From: Candidatus Altimarinota bacterium
GTDB lineage: Bacteria > Patescibacteriota > Gracilibacteria > UBA1369
Reading direction: 5' to 3'
DNA: 32,000 nt
Assembly (NCBI GenBank): GCA_041659405.1
Contig: JBAZYK010000010.1
Coordinates: 1 to 32,000 of the forward strand
Shown here one piece after another: positions 24,532 through 32,000 of this stretch. A program made the position numbers and the translations under genes. Positions within the stretch are counted from its first letter, which is position 1, and the number at the start of each line of letters is the position of its first letter. The notes beneath the pieces were generated by a model. The model was not told the DNA's origin, did not search any database, and saw only the letters and a program-made list of their open reading frames with translations.

Positions 24532-27453
24532 CTAATTTTCCAACTTAATAATTGGGGCTGGATTCAATATGGGAAAACCAAGTTGGTCTTGTGTGTTTGG
24601 TATGGGTGGAAGGCCAACCTGAGTTTGTGGTGTGGGTGGTTGTGGCAAATTTGCCTGATTCTGGCCATTATCGGTGGTTACAATATCAATGCTGGAGTTG
24701 CCTTCGTAGCCCAGTTTGTCGAATGCTTTAGCGGTGATGGTGTGATGAATTCCGCCTGTTTCGCCAAAGGGAAGACGAATTTCGCCATTATAAGGGGCAG
24801 TATTGGTTTTATATTTGAGTTCATTATCAAGATAGTATTCAACCCGATCAAACTCTCCTGTGATGCTTACTTGCGCGTTAACGGGGATATTTGAATTAAC
24901 AGGGTATGAACTGCCACTGGCCGGACTTAGGAGGGTAATAGAAGGTTTTTGGGCCATACTATTGGCATTGTGTTCGGGGCAGGGAGTTGTTGGTGGAGCA
25001 CCAAAGAAGGCAGTTGAGTTTTGGTTGATATTGCTGGCGTGTTGTTGAACCCAAGCTTGCGCACTTTGAATCCAATCGTTATTTGGGAAAAGATCTACGA
25101 CATTTCTGTAATTTGCGACTTGAACCATTTCCGGCGGTGTAAATTCGGTTGCCAGGCCATTACAGAGTCTATCAACATTAACTTGGGCGTAGCTATCATC
25201 AACTTCGGTTGGTATGGAGAAATTGGCGAAAAAGTCTGTGATAATTTGATCCGGTGGAGTGTTTGGTCCAGGCAATTTGCCGCTTGCTTTAGACACGGCA
25301 ACCTGTTTGATGCCTTCCGGTATTGGGAAATCTTCCGAAGGAGTGTCTTTTAAAGCCTGGGTCATAAAACTTTTCCAAATTGGAGCCGCGGCATTGGTAC
25401 CATCTGCGGCAAGTGACATGTGTCCATCAACTTTATCGTTATTATTTCCAACCCAAACTGCGGTTACTACACGTGTGGTGTAGCCCATAATCCAGAGGTC
25501 TTTTGGATAATAGATTTTTTGACCGTTTGGTTTAACATCAAAGCCGTTACTTGTACCGGTTTTGGCGCCATTTACCTGGCCGGGAATTGTCATGGTTGGG
25601 CTCAAACGCACGCTGGTATCGGAAAGAATGCTGTTAATCATGTATGCAACCTGTGGGTCCAAAGCCTGTTCGCCCGGGTCGTCCTGTTTTGCCTCTTCCA
25701 AAATTTCCCCTTTGGAATTTTCAATTTTAAGAATACTAACCGGATCATGATGAATACCACCATTGGCGAAAACGCTGTAAGCGGTGGCCATGTCCAAAGG
25801 ACGTACGCCGGCTGCTCCGATGGCTAAAGGATAACCATATTGATGATTTGGATCACTTTGTAATTCCTGGAAAACAATACCCATTTTTTGGGTAAGAGCT
25901 ACGATTGGTTCTTGTTGGCCGGCAGCAAAGAATGCTTTGATTGCAGGAATATTTCTGGATTGAGCAAGTGCCGAACGAATAGTCATTGGGCCGCGGAATG
26001 TTCCATCAAAGTTTTTTGGATATTTATTTGGGTCAGTTCCCAGTTTCATTGGCGTATCAAAAACCGGAGATGCAGGCGCAAAGCGGTTTAAAAACACCTG
26101 CGCATAAACAAAAGGTTTGAAAGAAGAACCCGGTTGGCGGAAATCGGTAATAACATTTTCATTGCCATCATAATTTGGATCAAAATAATCGCGTGAGCCA
26201 ACCATGGCTAAAATTTGACCGGTTTTTGGATCCATGGAAATAAGCGCGGCATTCTTGGCGTTGTAAGCTTTTTCGTTTGATTTTGAGCCGTCTAAAACCG
26301 CTTTTTCGGCGATCTCTTCCATTTTTGGATCAAGCGTGGTGTAAACTTTAAGACCACCCTGTTCAACAATATCTTTGCCGTATTTTTGTTCAAGTTGATC
26401 AATGATGTACATCACAAAATGTGGAGCCGTAATCTTTGATTGATATTTGGTGAATTGATTTTTTTGCATTTTGGTCCAGGCTTCCTGTTTTTGCTGTTCG
26501 TTGATGTAGCCCAATTCCATCATTCTGCTTAAAATTATGTCACTGCGGCCGGCAAGATAAATTTGTTTATCGGGATTATTGGGATCAATTTGGACTGTTT
26601 TGCCAATGATTCCTTCCGCGTATTCATTTTCGTAGAGATCATTCTGGCTGCGAATATTGCGCGAAGCCAGTTCATCTGACGTGAATTGTTTGGCTAAAGT
26701 TGAAAATTGATGTTGTGAATAGTAGCTTGGTCGATTTGGGATTGAAGCTAAAATTGCGCTTTCGGCCAGATCAAGGTTGATTGCGTGTTTGTTAAAATAA
26801 ATTTGAGCAGCTTTTTCAATACCATAGGCTTTGTTGCTGTAACTGATTTTGTTAAGGTAAAGTTCAATAATTTTCTTTTTATCGAAGGCCTGTTCAAGTT
26901 GAACGGATAAAATTAATTCTTTAAGTTTGCGGATATAGGATTTTTCGGAATTTAAAAAAGCGAGTTTAATGTATTGTTGAGTAATGGTTGAACCGCCCTG
27001 AGTAAGGCTGAAATGGAAAATGTCGTTTACAACTGCGCGGCCAATACCTCTTATATCAAATCCGGGATGTTCCCAGTATTGTGTGTCTTCAATTGCGATA
27101 GTTGCGTTAACTAACGAAGAGGAAATTTTATCGTAGGTAACATATTCACGATTTTCGGCTCCTTTTACGTATAAAATATTTCCTTCACGGTCATAAATTG
27201 TGGTTGCCTGTGCCTGATTCAGTTTGTCCAGATCATGGACATCCGGCAGCGTTATGCTAAGTACGGCTATGGCAATCCCAAGACTTAAAACTAAAAACAG
27301 GATGAAGCCAATTATACTAAGGCCGGTCCAAAGTAAAATTTGTTTCCAGTCGAGTTTGCCGTTGGGTAAGCGGGCGCGTTCACGCATGCGCGCAAATTTG
27401 CCATTGGTTTTTTTGCCGATTTTTTGGATGTGAAACTTGATTTTTTCAAACAT
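24532..27453 (-). CDS. bifunctional class A penicillin-binding protein (PBP1A: GT51 transglycosylase + transpeptidase) with C-terminal Ig-like/Pro-rich extension
   Basis: N-terminal TM anchor. GT51 motifs EDTQYWEHPGFD, GGSTITQQYIK and RKLKELILSVQLE. Transpeptidase motifs SSFKPF (SxxK), SRN and KTGTS. A C-terminal extension of about 240 aa follows. Confidence 0.9.
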   Translation of the reverse strand: MFEKIKFHIQKIGKKTNGKFARMRERARLPNGKLDWKQILLWTGLSIIGFILFLVLSLGIAIAVLSITLPDVHDLDKLNQAQATTIYDREGNILYVKGAENREYVTYDKISSSLVNATIAIEDTQYWEHPGFDIRGIGRAVVNDIFHFSLTQGGSTITQQYIKLAFLNSEKSYIRKLKELILSVQLEQAFDKKKIIELYLNKISYSNKAYGIEKAAQIYFNKHAINLDLAESAILASIPNRPSYYSQHQFSTLAKQFTSDELASRNIRSQNDLYENEYAEGIIGKTVQIDPNNPDKQIYLAGRSDIILSRMMELGYINEQQKQEAWTKMQKNQFTKYQSKITAPHFVMYIIDQLEQKYGKDIVEQGGLKVYTTLDPKMEEIAEKAVLDGSKSNEKAYNAKNAALISMDPKTGQILAMVGSRDYFDPNYDGNENVITDFRQPGSSFKPFVYAQVFLNRFAPASPVFDTPMKLGTDPNKYPKNFDGTFRGPMTIRSALAQSRNIPAIKAFFAAGQQEPIVALTQKMGIVFQELQSDPNHQYGYPLAIGAAGVRPLDMATAYSVFANGGIHHDPVSILKIENSKGEILEEAKQDDPGEQALDPQVAYMINSILSDTSVRLSPTMTIPGQVNGAKTGTSNGFDVKPNGQKIYYPKDLWIMGYTTRVVTAVWVGNNNDKVDGHMSLAADGTNAAAPIWKSFMTQALKDTPSEDFPIPEGIKQVAVSKASGKLPGPNTPPDQIITDFFANFSIPTEVDDSYAQVNVDRLCNGLATEFTPPEMVQVANYRNVVDLFPNNDWIQSAQAWVQQHASNINQNSTAFFGAPPTTPCPEHNANSMAQKPSITLLSPASGSSYPVNSNIPVNAQVSITGEFDRVEYYLDNELKYKTNTAPYNGEIRLPFGETGGIHHTITAKAFDKLGYEGNSSIDIVTTDNGQNQANLPQPPTPQTQVGLPPIPNTQDQLGFPILNPAPIIKLEN

Positions 27454-27683
27454 GATTTTTTGATTATATACACAGCATTATGCGGGGTTTATCCTAGCAG
27501 AAAAGTGCCGTGAATTCAATGGAGGGGTGTTTGGGATTTGAAAATTGTTGCATCGCAAGTTCGATGATCGTAATTGAAAATCGAGAATGGAGATGTTTAA
27601 AATTTTTCTTTTTGGAGAAGTTTTGCTACAATCAATTACGTTCTTTTCGATGATATTTTTTTATTTCTTTAACCAGTTTTTTT

Positions 27684-28661
27684 ATGATGACACTCAAGCA
27701 GATATATGATTATAGCCTTCAGATGGCCATTAAACGCGGCCCTCGTCCGGTTAAGGAAGTTGAAGAGCAACTTAAAAAGTTGAAGCATGAATATGAAAAG
27801 CTCGAAGAAAAAAAGAAGGAATATTTTGATGTTGAGAGTTTGAAAAATCCTTTTTTGGACAGCCGTATTTTAAGTGGCGATCCAAATACAAAGTTAAAAA
27901 GAGTGCTTGTGGGAATCGATATTGGCGTTGGTGAAATTATGCTGGCGAATGAATTAAATAAGAGTGACAAAAAAATTGACGCGGTGATTGCGCATCATCC
28001 GGAAGGTCGTGGGTTAATCGATCTTACTCAGGTCATGACTCTTCAAGAGGATATTGCAATGTTGGAGGGCGTTCCGGTTAATGTGATTGAAAAATTGATG
28101 CGAGCGCGCATTGGCGATTTGAATCGCGGCCTGCATGCAGCGAACCATTTTCAGGTTCCGGATGCGGCTAAATTGTTGAATATGCCTTTTGCCTGCTTCC
28201 ATACTTTTGCCGATAATCAGGTTTACTGGTTTATAAAAAATTACATCACCAAGAAAAATCCAAAATATATCAGCGATATTATGGACGCGTTGATGGAGCT
28301 TCCTGAATATCAGATTGCAAAAAGACGTGGTAACGGACCTATGATGTTTGTTGGTGATGAAAAAGCACGCGTTGGCAAAATTTCTTACTCCGGATTTACC
28401 GGTGGTACAAGCGGTTCAAAAGAGGTTTACGAAAAGATGGCGCATGCCGGAGTTGGAACGATTTTGGCCATGCATATTCCGGAAGAACATCGCAAATTAT
28501 GTGAAAAATATCACATCAATGTGCTCATTTGTGGACACATGGCGAGTGACAGTCTTGGTGTGAATTTGCTGATGGATGAGCTTGAAAAGAACGGTGTGGA
28601 AATTGTGGAATGTGCCGGATTTATGCGTGTGAGCAGGTTGAAAAAGAAGATGCCGTTTTAA
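27684..28661 (+). CDS. NIF3 (NGG1p-interacting factor 3)/DUF34-like metal-binding protein
   Basis: IDAVIAHHPEG and VLICGHMASDSLGVN resemble the two His-containing metal-site blocks of the long NIF3-like family, and the overall length of 325 aa fits. Recalled similarity only. Confidence 0.6.
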   Translation: MMTLKQIYDYSLQMAIKRGPRPVKEVEEQLKKLKHEYEKLEEKKKEYFDVESLKNPFLDSRILSGDPNTKLKRVLVGIDIGVGEIMLANELNKSDKKIDAVIAHHPEGRGLIDLTQVMTLQEDIAMLEGVPVNVIEKLMRARIGDLNRGLHAANHFQVPDAAKLLNMPFACFHTFADNQVYWFIKNYITKKNPKYISDIMDALMELPEYQIAKRRGNGPMMFVGDEKARVGKISYSGFTGGTSGSKEVYEKMAHAGVGTILAMHIPEEHRKLCEKYHINVLICGHMASDSLGVNLLMDELEKNGVEIVECAGFMRVSRLKKKMPF

Positions 28662-28667
28662 ATTGAT

Positions 28668-28695
28668 TATAAATTATAAATTATAAATTTATAAT
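28668..28695. repeat. AT-rich 7-bp tandem repeat (TATAAAT x3 plus degenerate TTATAAT)
   Basis: TATAAAT at 28668-28674, 28675-28681 and 28682-28688, then TTATAAT at 28689-28695, immediately after the NIF3-like stop codon. Confidence 0.85.
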
Positions 28696-28742
28696 TGTTG
28701 AATTTTTAAAAAGGTGATCATGTCCAGGTTGAATGTGGTACG

Positions 28743-28782
28743 AAAAAAGCCCTCGAAATCAGGAGAAATCGGGGGCTTTTTG
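28743..28782. terminator. bidirectional intrinsic terminator between convergent genes
   Basis: 10-bp stem AAGCCCTCGA (28747-28756) / TCGGGGGCTT (28769-28778) with one G:U pair and a 12-nt loop. An A-run lies upstream and TTTTT downstream. Confidence 0.65.
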
Positions 28783-28830
28783 AATAGTGAAAAATTTCAG
28801 CGTAGACGAGTTGAGCGCTGCGGGAGGATG

Positions 28831-29148
28831 TTATTGGGGATTTTTCGCCAATGCTTTTATCCCTTTTCTGGTGATGAAATAGAATTCCATGGTGGTTTCC
28901 ATGCTTGGTTTTTGCGCGATTAGCACTTCTTTTTCCAGATAAGCCCAGGCTTCCATAAAAGCTCGCATTACGGGCAATTGCAGTTCTTTAGGGTAATCTT
29001 TAACGGTTTCTTTGAATCCAAAATTATGACGATTGAGGCTTTCCTGATCTTGAGCCAAATATTTTAAAAGTTCGGTGGCAAGGTTTGGGAGTTCTAATGC
29101 AAGGATTTTATTCGCGTCAGGGAGCATTGCTGAAATTGGGATTGCCAT
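28831..29148 (-). CDS. hypothetical protein (second gene of orphan pair)
   Basis: 105-aa ORF, 11 nt downstream of ORF 29160..29471 on the same strand. The C-terminal AWAYLEKEVLIAQKP...FYFITRKGIKAL is loosely wHTH-like. No family recognised. Confidence 0.5.
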   Translation of the reverse strand: MAIPISAMLPDANKILALELPNLATELLKYLAQDQESLNRHNFGFKETVKDYPKELQLPVMRAFMEAWAYLEKEVLIAQKPSMETTMEFYFITRKGIKALAKNPQ

Positions 29149-29159
29149 TAAATTGGTAA

Positions 29160-29471
29160 TTAAAAACTAAATGGGCCACCTTTATGTTTTTGGAAGCTGG
29201 TTGGGGTGCGGTCCTCCGCAGGGGTGCCGGTATCATCACATTCTTTGTGAAGACTGGCAGCAGTGTGAGCGATTGTCATTATTTTTGCAACGTCATCTGT
29301 TGGGCCTAAATCAGTATAAGAACGTCTATTGTCGCCACGTGGGGCTCCTTTAGTGTTAACGGCTCGGGGATCTTTGGCGTGAGCTTCGAGCGCTGCTCTA
29401 ACCCTTCTTTGTAATTCTGTTTCAGGTTCTTTACCTTCAGGTAATTCTTGTGGTGTATTTGTTAGCGACAT
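29160..29471 (-). CDS. hypothetical protein (first gene of orphan pair)
   Basis: 103-aa ORF directly downstream of a consensus promoter. Charged, Pro/Gly/Thr-rich and probably partly disordered. A 60-aa ORF is open on the opposite strand. Confidence 0.45.
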   Translation of the reverse strand: MSLTNTPQELPEGKEPETELQRRVRAALEAHAKDPRAVNTKGAPRGDNRRSYTDLGPTDDVAKIMTIAHTAASLHKECDDTGTPAEDRTPTSFQKHKGGPFSF

Positions 29472-29505
29472 TGTTTAAATTTAAGGGTAAATAAAAACCG
29501 CCGCT

Positions 29506-29533
29506 ATTGTAACAAGCGACTTTTTATTGTCAA
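29506..29533 (-). promoter_or_regulatory. near-consensus sigma-70 promoter for the orphan two-gene operon
   Basis: The minus strand reads TTGACA-ATAAAAAGTCGCTTGT(16 nt)-TACAAT. The -10 ends 34 nt upstream of ATG 29471. Confidence 0.65.
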
Positions 29534-29546
29534 ATCCCCGCTTGCA

Positions 29547-29651
29547 TTCTCGACGAAGTATTTCAAAGTGTACGCTTCGGTGCCGAAGCTCTTAAAAATG
29601 GCTTGTTGCTGCGGTGTGTTTGACGCGGTGTCGAGAAGGTTTCAAAATGTA
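29547..29651. repeat. paired ~24-nt imperfect direct repeats flanking a 16-bp near-palindrome
   Basis: TTCTCGACGAAGTATTTCAAAGTGTA (29547-29572) versus GTCGAGAAGGTTTCAAAATGTA (29630-29651). Their CTCGAC/GTCGAG ends are mutually complementary. GCTTCGGTGCCGAAGC lies at 29574-29589. Confidence 0.6.
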
Positions 29652-29730
29652 TTAACGCTTTATCGAGATGAAAAGGAATGGGTTTTGTTAGCCTTTGGGG
29701 TTTTTGGGAGTGGTGACCCGAAAAGCTTGA

Positions 29731-32000
29731 TTATTTCAGCCCGCGGATTTCGCCGCCTAATTTTGTCAGCTCTTCAAAGATTTTTTGTTGAGTTGTCTTC
29801 ATTTCGGCATCTGTAAGCGTGCGCTGCGTGGATTGCAGCAGAACTTTAAAGGCGAGCGCTTTTTTATCTGGTGGGATGTTTTGGCCTTCGTATAGATCAA
29901 ACAATTCAACTTCGCGGATTAATTCTTTATTGCAGTTTTGAATTGCGCGCTGAAGTTTTCCGATTTCGGTATTTTTGTCGATGAGTACGGAAACATCAAT
30001 TCTGATTCCCGGGAATTTTGGAATCTGTTTGTACTTTCTTTCTTCTGTTTCCAGGTTTGCCAACTTGCTGAAGTTTACTTCAAACACGGCAATTTTAGCG
30101 TTTTCGATGTCGTAGTTTTTTGCTACAAGTGGATGAAGTTCGAAAATTCTGGCGATTTCCTGGCCGGATTTTCGGCTATAATAAGAGGCATAACGGTTTG
30201 GGTGAGCGTAAGCGCATAAGCTTTCACCTTTGCGCATTTCCAAGGCTTTTAAGTTAACATGGAAAAGTTTGAAAAATTCTTCCAACGCGCCTTTGATTTC
30301 GTAAAAAGGTTCGGAAGGGCCTTGGTTTGACGCGCCGGCGGCTGTATTTTTTTCTTTTGTTGCTGCTTTGTTTCTTACGATCACCGCGCAAATTTTCTTT
30401 TCTTCAATCGGGAAATATTCCTGTAGATCTTCATAAGTTCGACCAATTTCATATAATTTGAATTGATCAAAAGACTTTAAATTAAGACCAATATTTTTGA
30501 GGATGTTCGGCATTAAACTGATGCGCATGTGGGTCTGATCTTCGGAAAGATAATTTTGAACTTTAATGTGTGGCTCTTCCGGCAACAGGCATTTTTTGAT
30601 GTCGTTGATGCTATAAAAAGAGTAGTTATAGACCTCATTAAAGCCAAGTCCGAGTGAAAGCGCGTGACGGGCAAAATGTTTAAGTTTGCGCTCATTATTT
30701 TCGATTGGGAGTTTGATTGGAAGTTTTGGAAGTTTGGCTTCGATATTTTCGTATCCGTGCATGCGGGCGATTTCTTCCACGATGTCGTCTTCAATGGAAA
30801 TGTCTTTGGTCGCGCGGAAAGAGGGGATTTCAACCTTGATTTTATCTTTGCCGGACAGCGTGGTTTTGAATTCCAAACTGTTGAGATTTTTTAAAACTTC
30901 TTCGGTAGGAATTGTAACGCCAATTTTAGAGAAAACCTTTTTAAGGCTTACTGTAACGGTAAGTTGCTTGTCTTTAAAGTTTTTGATGTCGGTGACCGGA
31001 CCGCAAATAATTGCTTCCGGACTAACCTGTAAAATTAAATCACAGACGCGTTTCATGGCCTGTTCAGCCAAATTTGGATCAAGACTTTTTTCAAAACGTT
31101 GAACGGCTTCGGTTCTAAGTCCAAGTTTTACCGAAGTTAAACGAACGGAAGAAGGCTGAAAATTCGCAGATTCAACCAGAATTTTAGTAGTTTGCTGATC
31201 AACTTCGCTGTTTGCGCCGCCCATAATTCCCGCAATGGCAACCGGTTTTTTGTGATCGGCAATAACCAGCGTTTCATCTTTGCCGGTTTGATTTAGAGAT
31301 CTTTCAACACCGTCGAGTGTCGTGATTTTTTCATCTTTTTTAGCTGTGCGTACAATAATTCCGGTGTCGATTTTGGCTGCATCAAAAGCATGCAAAGGCT
31401 GACCAAGTTCGGCCATTACATAATTTGTGACATCAACAATGTTGTTGATTGAACGATATCCAACCGCGCTAAGGCGATTCTTGAGCCAGGCAGGGGACTC
31501 AGCAATTTTTATATTATTGATGTAAACGCCAAGATAACGTGGACAGAGTTTTTTGGCTTTAACTTCTACATTTGGCGATTCGCCGGTTGCTGGAAAATCA
31601 ATTTCCAATTGAAGCGGTTTGAGTTTTTTGTCCGAGATTGCCGCAATTTCACGCGCGATGCCGTAGTGACCCCACAAATCCGGACGATGGGTTAGAGATT
31701 TGTTATCAACTACTAAAGAAATATCGTTCAAACCTAAAATATCAGCAATTGGTTGGCCGAGTGGAGTATTGGCAGGGAAGCGGGTTAGCCCTTTTTGGCC
31801 AATGCCAAGTTCATCATCACCGCAAACCATACCTTCTGATTTCACGCCCATCATTTCTGTGATTTTAATTTCTCCGCCGGGGAGTTTTGCTCCAGGCAAA
31901 GCAATCGGCAGAATTTCCCCAGGGTGAATCACGTGGACTGAACCGAAAACAATCTGGATTTTTTTCCAGCCAATATCAAAAATTCCTTTGTGTAATTTTT
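29731..32000 (-). CDS. pheT: phenylalanine--tRNA ligase beta subunit, 5' end outside the window
   Basis: tRNA-binding domain (QIVFGSVHVIHPGEILPIALPGAKLPGGEIKI...GVKSEGMVCGDDELGI), B3/4 and B5 blocks, and a C-terminal FDX-ACB domain (ELFDLYEG...KALAFKVLLQSTQRTLTDAEM). The reading frame stays open from 31932 to the window edge. Confidence 0.9.
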   Translation of the reverse strand, partial: KLHKGIFDIGWKKIQIVFGSVHVIHPGEILPIALPGAKLPGGEIKITEMMGVKSEGMVCGDDELGIGQKGLTRFPANTPLGQPIADILGLNDISLVVDNKSLTHRPDLWGHYGIAREIAAISDKKLKPLQLEIDFPATGESPNVEVKAKKLCPRYLGVYINNIKIAESPAWLKNRLSAVGYRSINNIVDVTNYVMAELGQPLHAFDAAKIDTGIIVRTAKKDEKITTLDGVERSLNQTGKDETLVIADHKKPVAIAGIMGGANSEVDQQTTKILVESANFQPSSVRLTSVKLGLRTEAVQRFEKSLDPNLAEQAMKRVCDLILQVSPEAIICGPVTDIKNFKDKQLTVTVSLKKVFSKIGVTIPTEEVLKNLNSLEFKTTLSGKDKIKVEIPSFRATKDISIEDDIVEEIARMHGYENIEAKLPKLPIKLPIENNERKLKHFARHALSLGLGFNEVYNYSFYSINDIKKCLLPEEPHIKVQNYLSEDQTHMRISLMPNILKNIGLNLKSFDQFKLYEIGRTYEDLQEYFPIEEKKICAVIVRNKAATKEKNTAAGASNQGPSEPFYEIKGALEEFFKLFHVNLKALEMRKGESLCAYAHPNRYASYYSRKSGQEIARIFELHPLVAKNYDIENAKIAVFEVNFSKLANLETEERKYKQIPKFPGIRIDVSVLIDKNTEIGKLQRAIQNCNKELIREVELFDLYEGQNIPPDKKALAFKVLLQSTQRTLTDAEMKTTQQKIFEELTKLGGEIRGLK

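Noticed and set aside
24583-26091. Series of plus-strand ORFs (24583..24894, 24860..25048, 25021..25353, 25259..25483, 25420..25827, 25562..25750, 25888..26091)
   Set aside because: All lie antisense inside the 973-aa PBP1A ORF, which has unmistakable GT51 and transpeptidase motifs. Their translations are low-complexity, Cys/Trp-rich shadow frames.
28714-28923. ORF 28714..28923 (+)
   Set aside because: It spans the bidirectional terminator hairpin and overlaps the 3' end of the minus-strand ORF 28831..29148. No motifs.
29938-31927. ORFs antisense or alternate-frame to pheT (29938..30219, 30513..30833, 30664..30894, 30686..31102, 31638..31862, 31700..31927)
   Set aside because: They are embedded in the strongly supported pheT reading frame. 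These are shadow ORFs.
1-32000. Alternative genetic code (UGA recoding, as in some candidate phyla)
   Set aside because: Conserved proteins (PBP1A, pheT, ABC subunits, rdgB) are full length under the standard code. TGA is used as a genuine stop, for example at the antitoxin end 14933-14935. Reading through the hsdR TGA at 12783 yields non-HsdR sequence.

Overview
AT-rich bacterial chromosomal window under the standard code. Long ORFs end at TAA, TAG and TGA, so there is no sign of stop-codon recoding. Gene content and style (small tightly packed genes, an envelope glycosylation cluster, a long PBP1A, many orphan ORFs) resemble a small-genome Patescibacteria/CPR-like organism, but that placement is inference only. 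All protein calls rest on motifs I recognise in the supplied translations; no database search was possible.

Layout:
- 1-3.6 kb: a small secreted ORF, a 486-bp ORF-less gap, an ArfB-like GGQ rescue factor, and an ECF sigma factor with a Thr/Gln/Pro-rich single-pass membrane partner.
- 3.6-10.2 kb: an envelope glycosylation cluster (O-antigen-ligase-like protein, two GT2 enzymes including a polyprenol-phosphate-mannose-synthase-like one, an O-methyltransferase, a DUF2723/TMEM260-like GT-C protein), interrupted by rdgB. It also holds a 162-bp GC-rich inverted-repeat element.
- 10.2-15.4 kb: an accessory/defence islet abutting the 3' end of tRNA-Pro(CGG). It contains a DUF262-DUF1524 GmrSD-like nuclease, a truncated hsdR, a Bro-N/DinD-like gene, and an HTH-Panacea antitoxin with a MazF toxin.
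- 15.3-15.5 kb: tRNA-Pro(CGG) sits between two 53-bp GC-rich direct repeats whose hairpin cores are exact mutual reverse complements.
- 15.6-18.4 kb: a lipoprotein phosphodiester glycosidase, a metallophosphoesterase, an orphan ORF and tRNA-Pro(GGG).
- 18.6-20.1 kb: a small ORF and a wHTH-GHKL ATPase-STAS-like (DUF4325) fusion protein preceded by three perfect phased 11-bp repeats.
- 20.1-32 kb: a heterodimeric ABC exporter, an SDR, PBP1A with an Ig-like/Pro-rich tail, a NIF3-like protein, a two-gene orphan operon behind a consensus promoter, and 5'-truncated pheT.

I saw no CRISPR array, rRNA, integrase or transposase.
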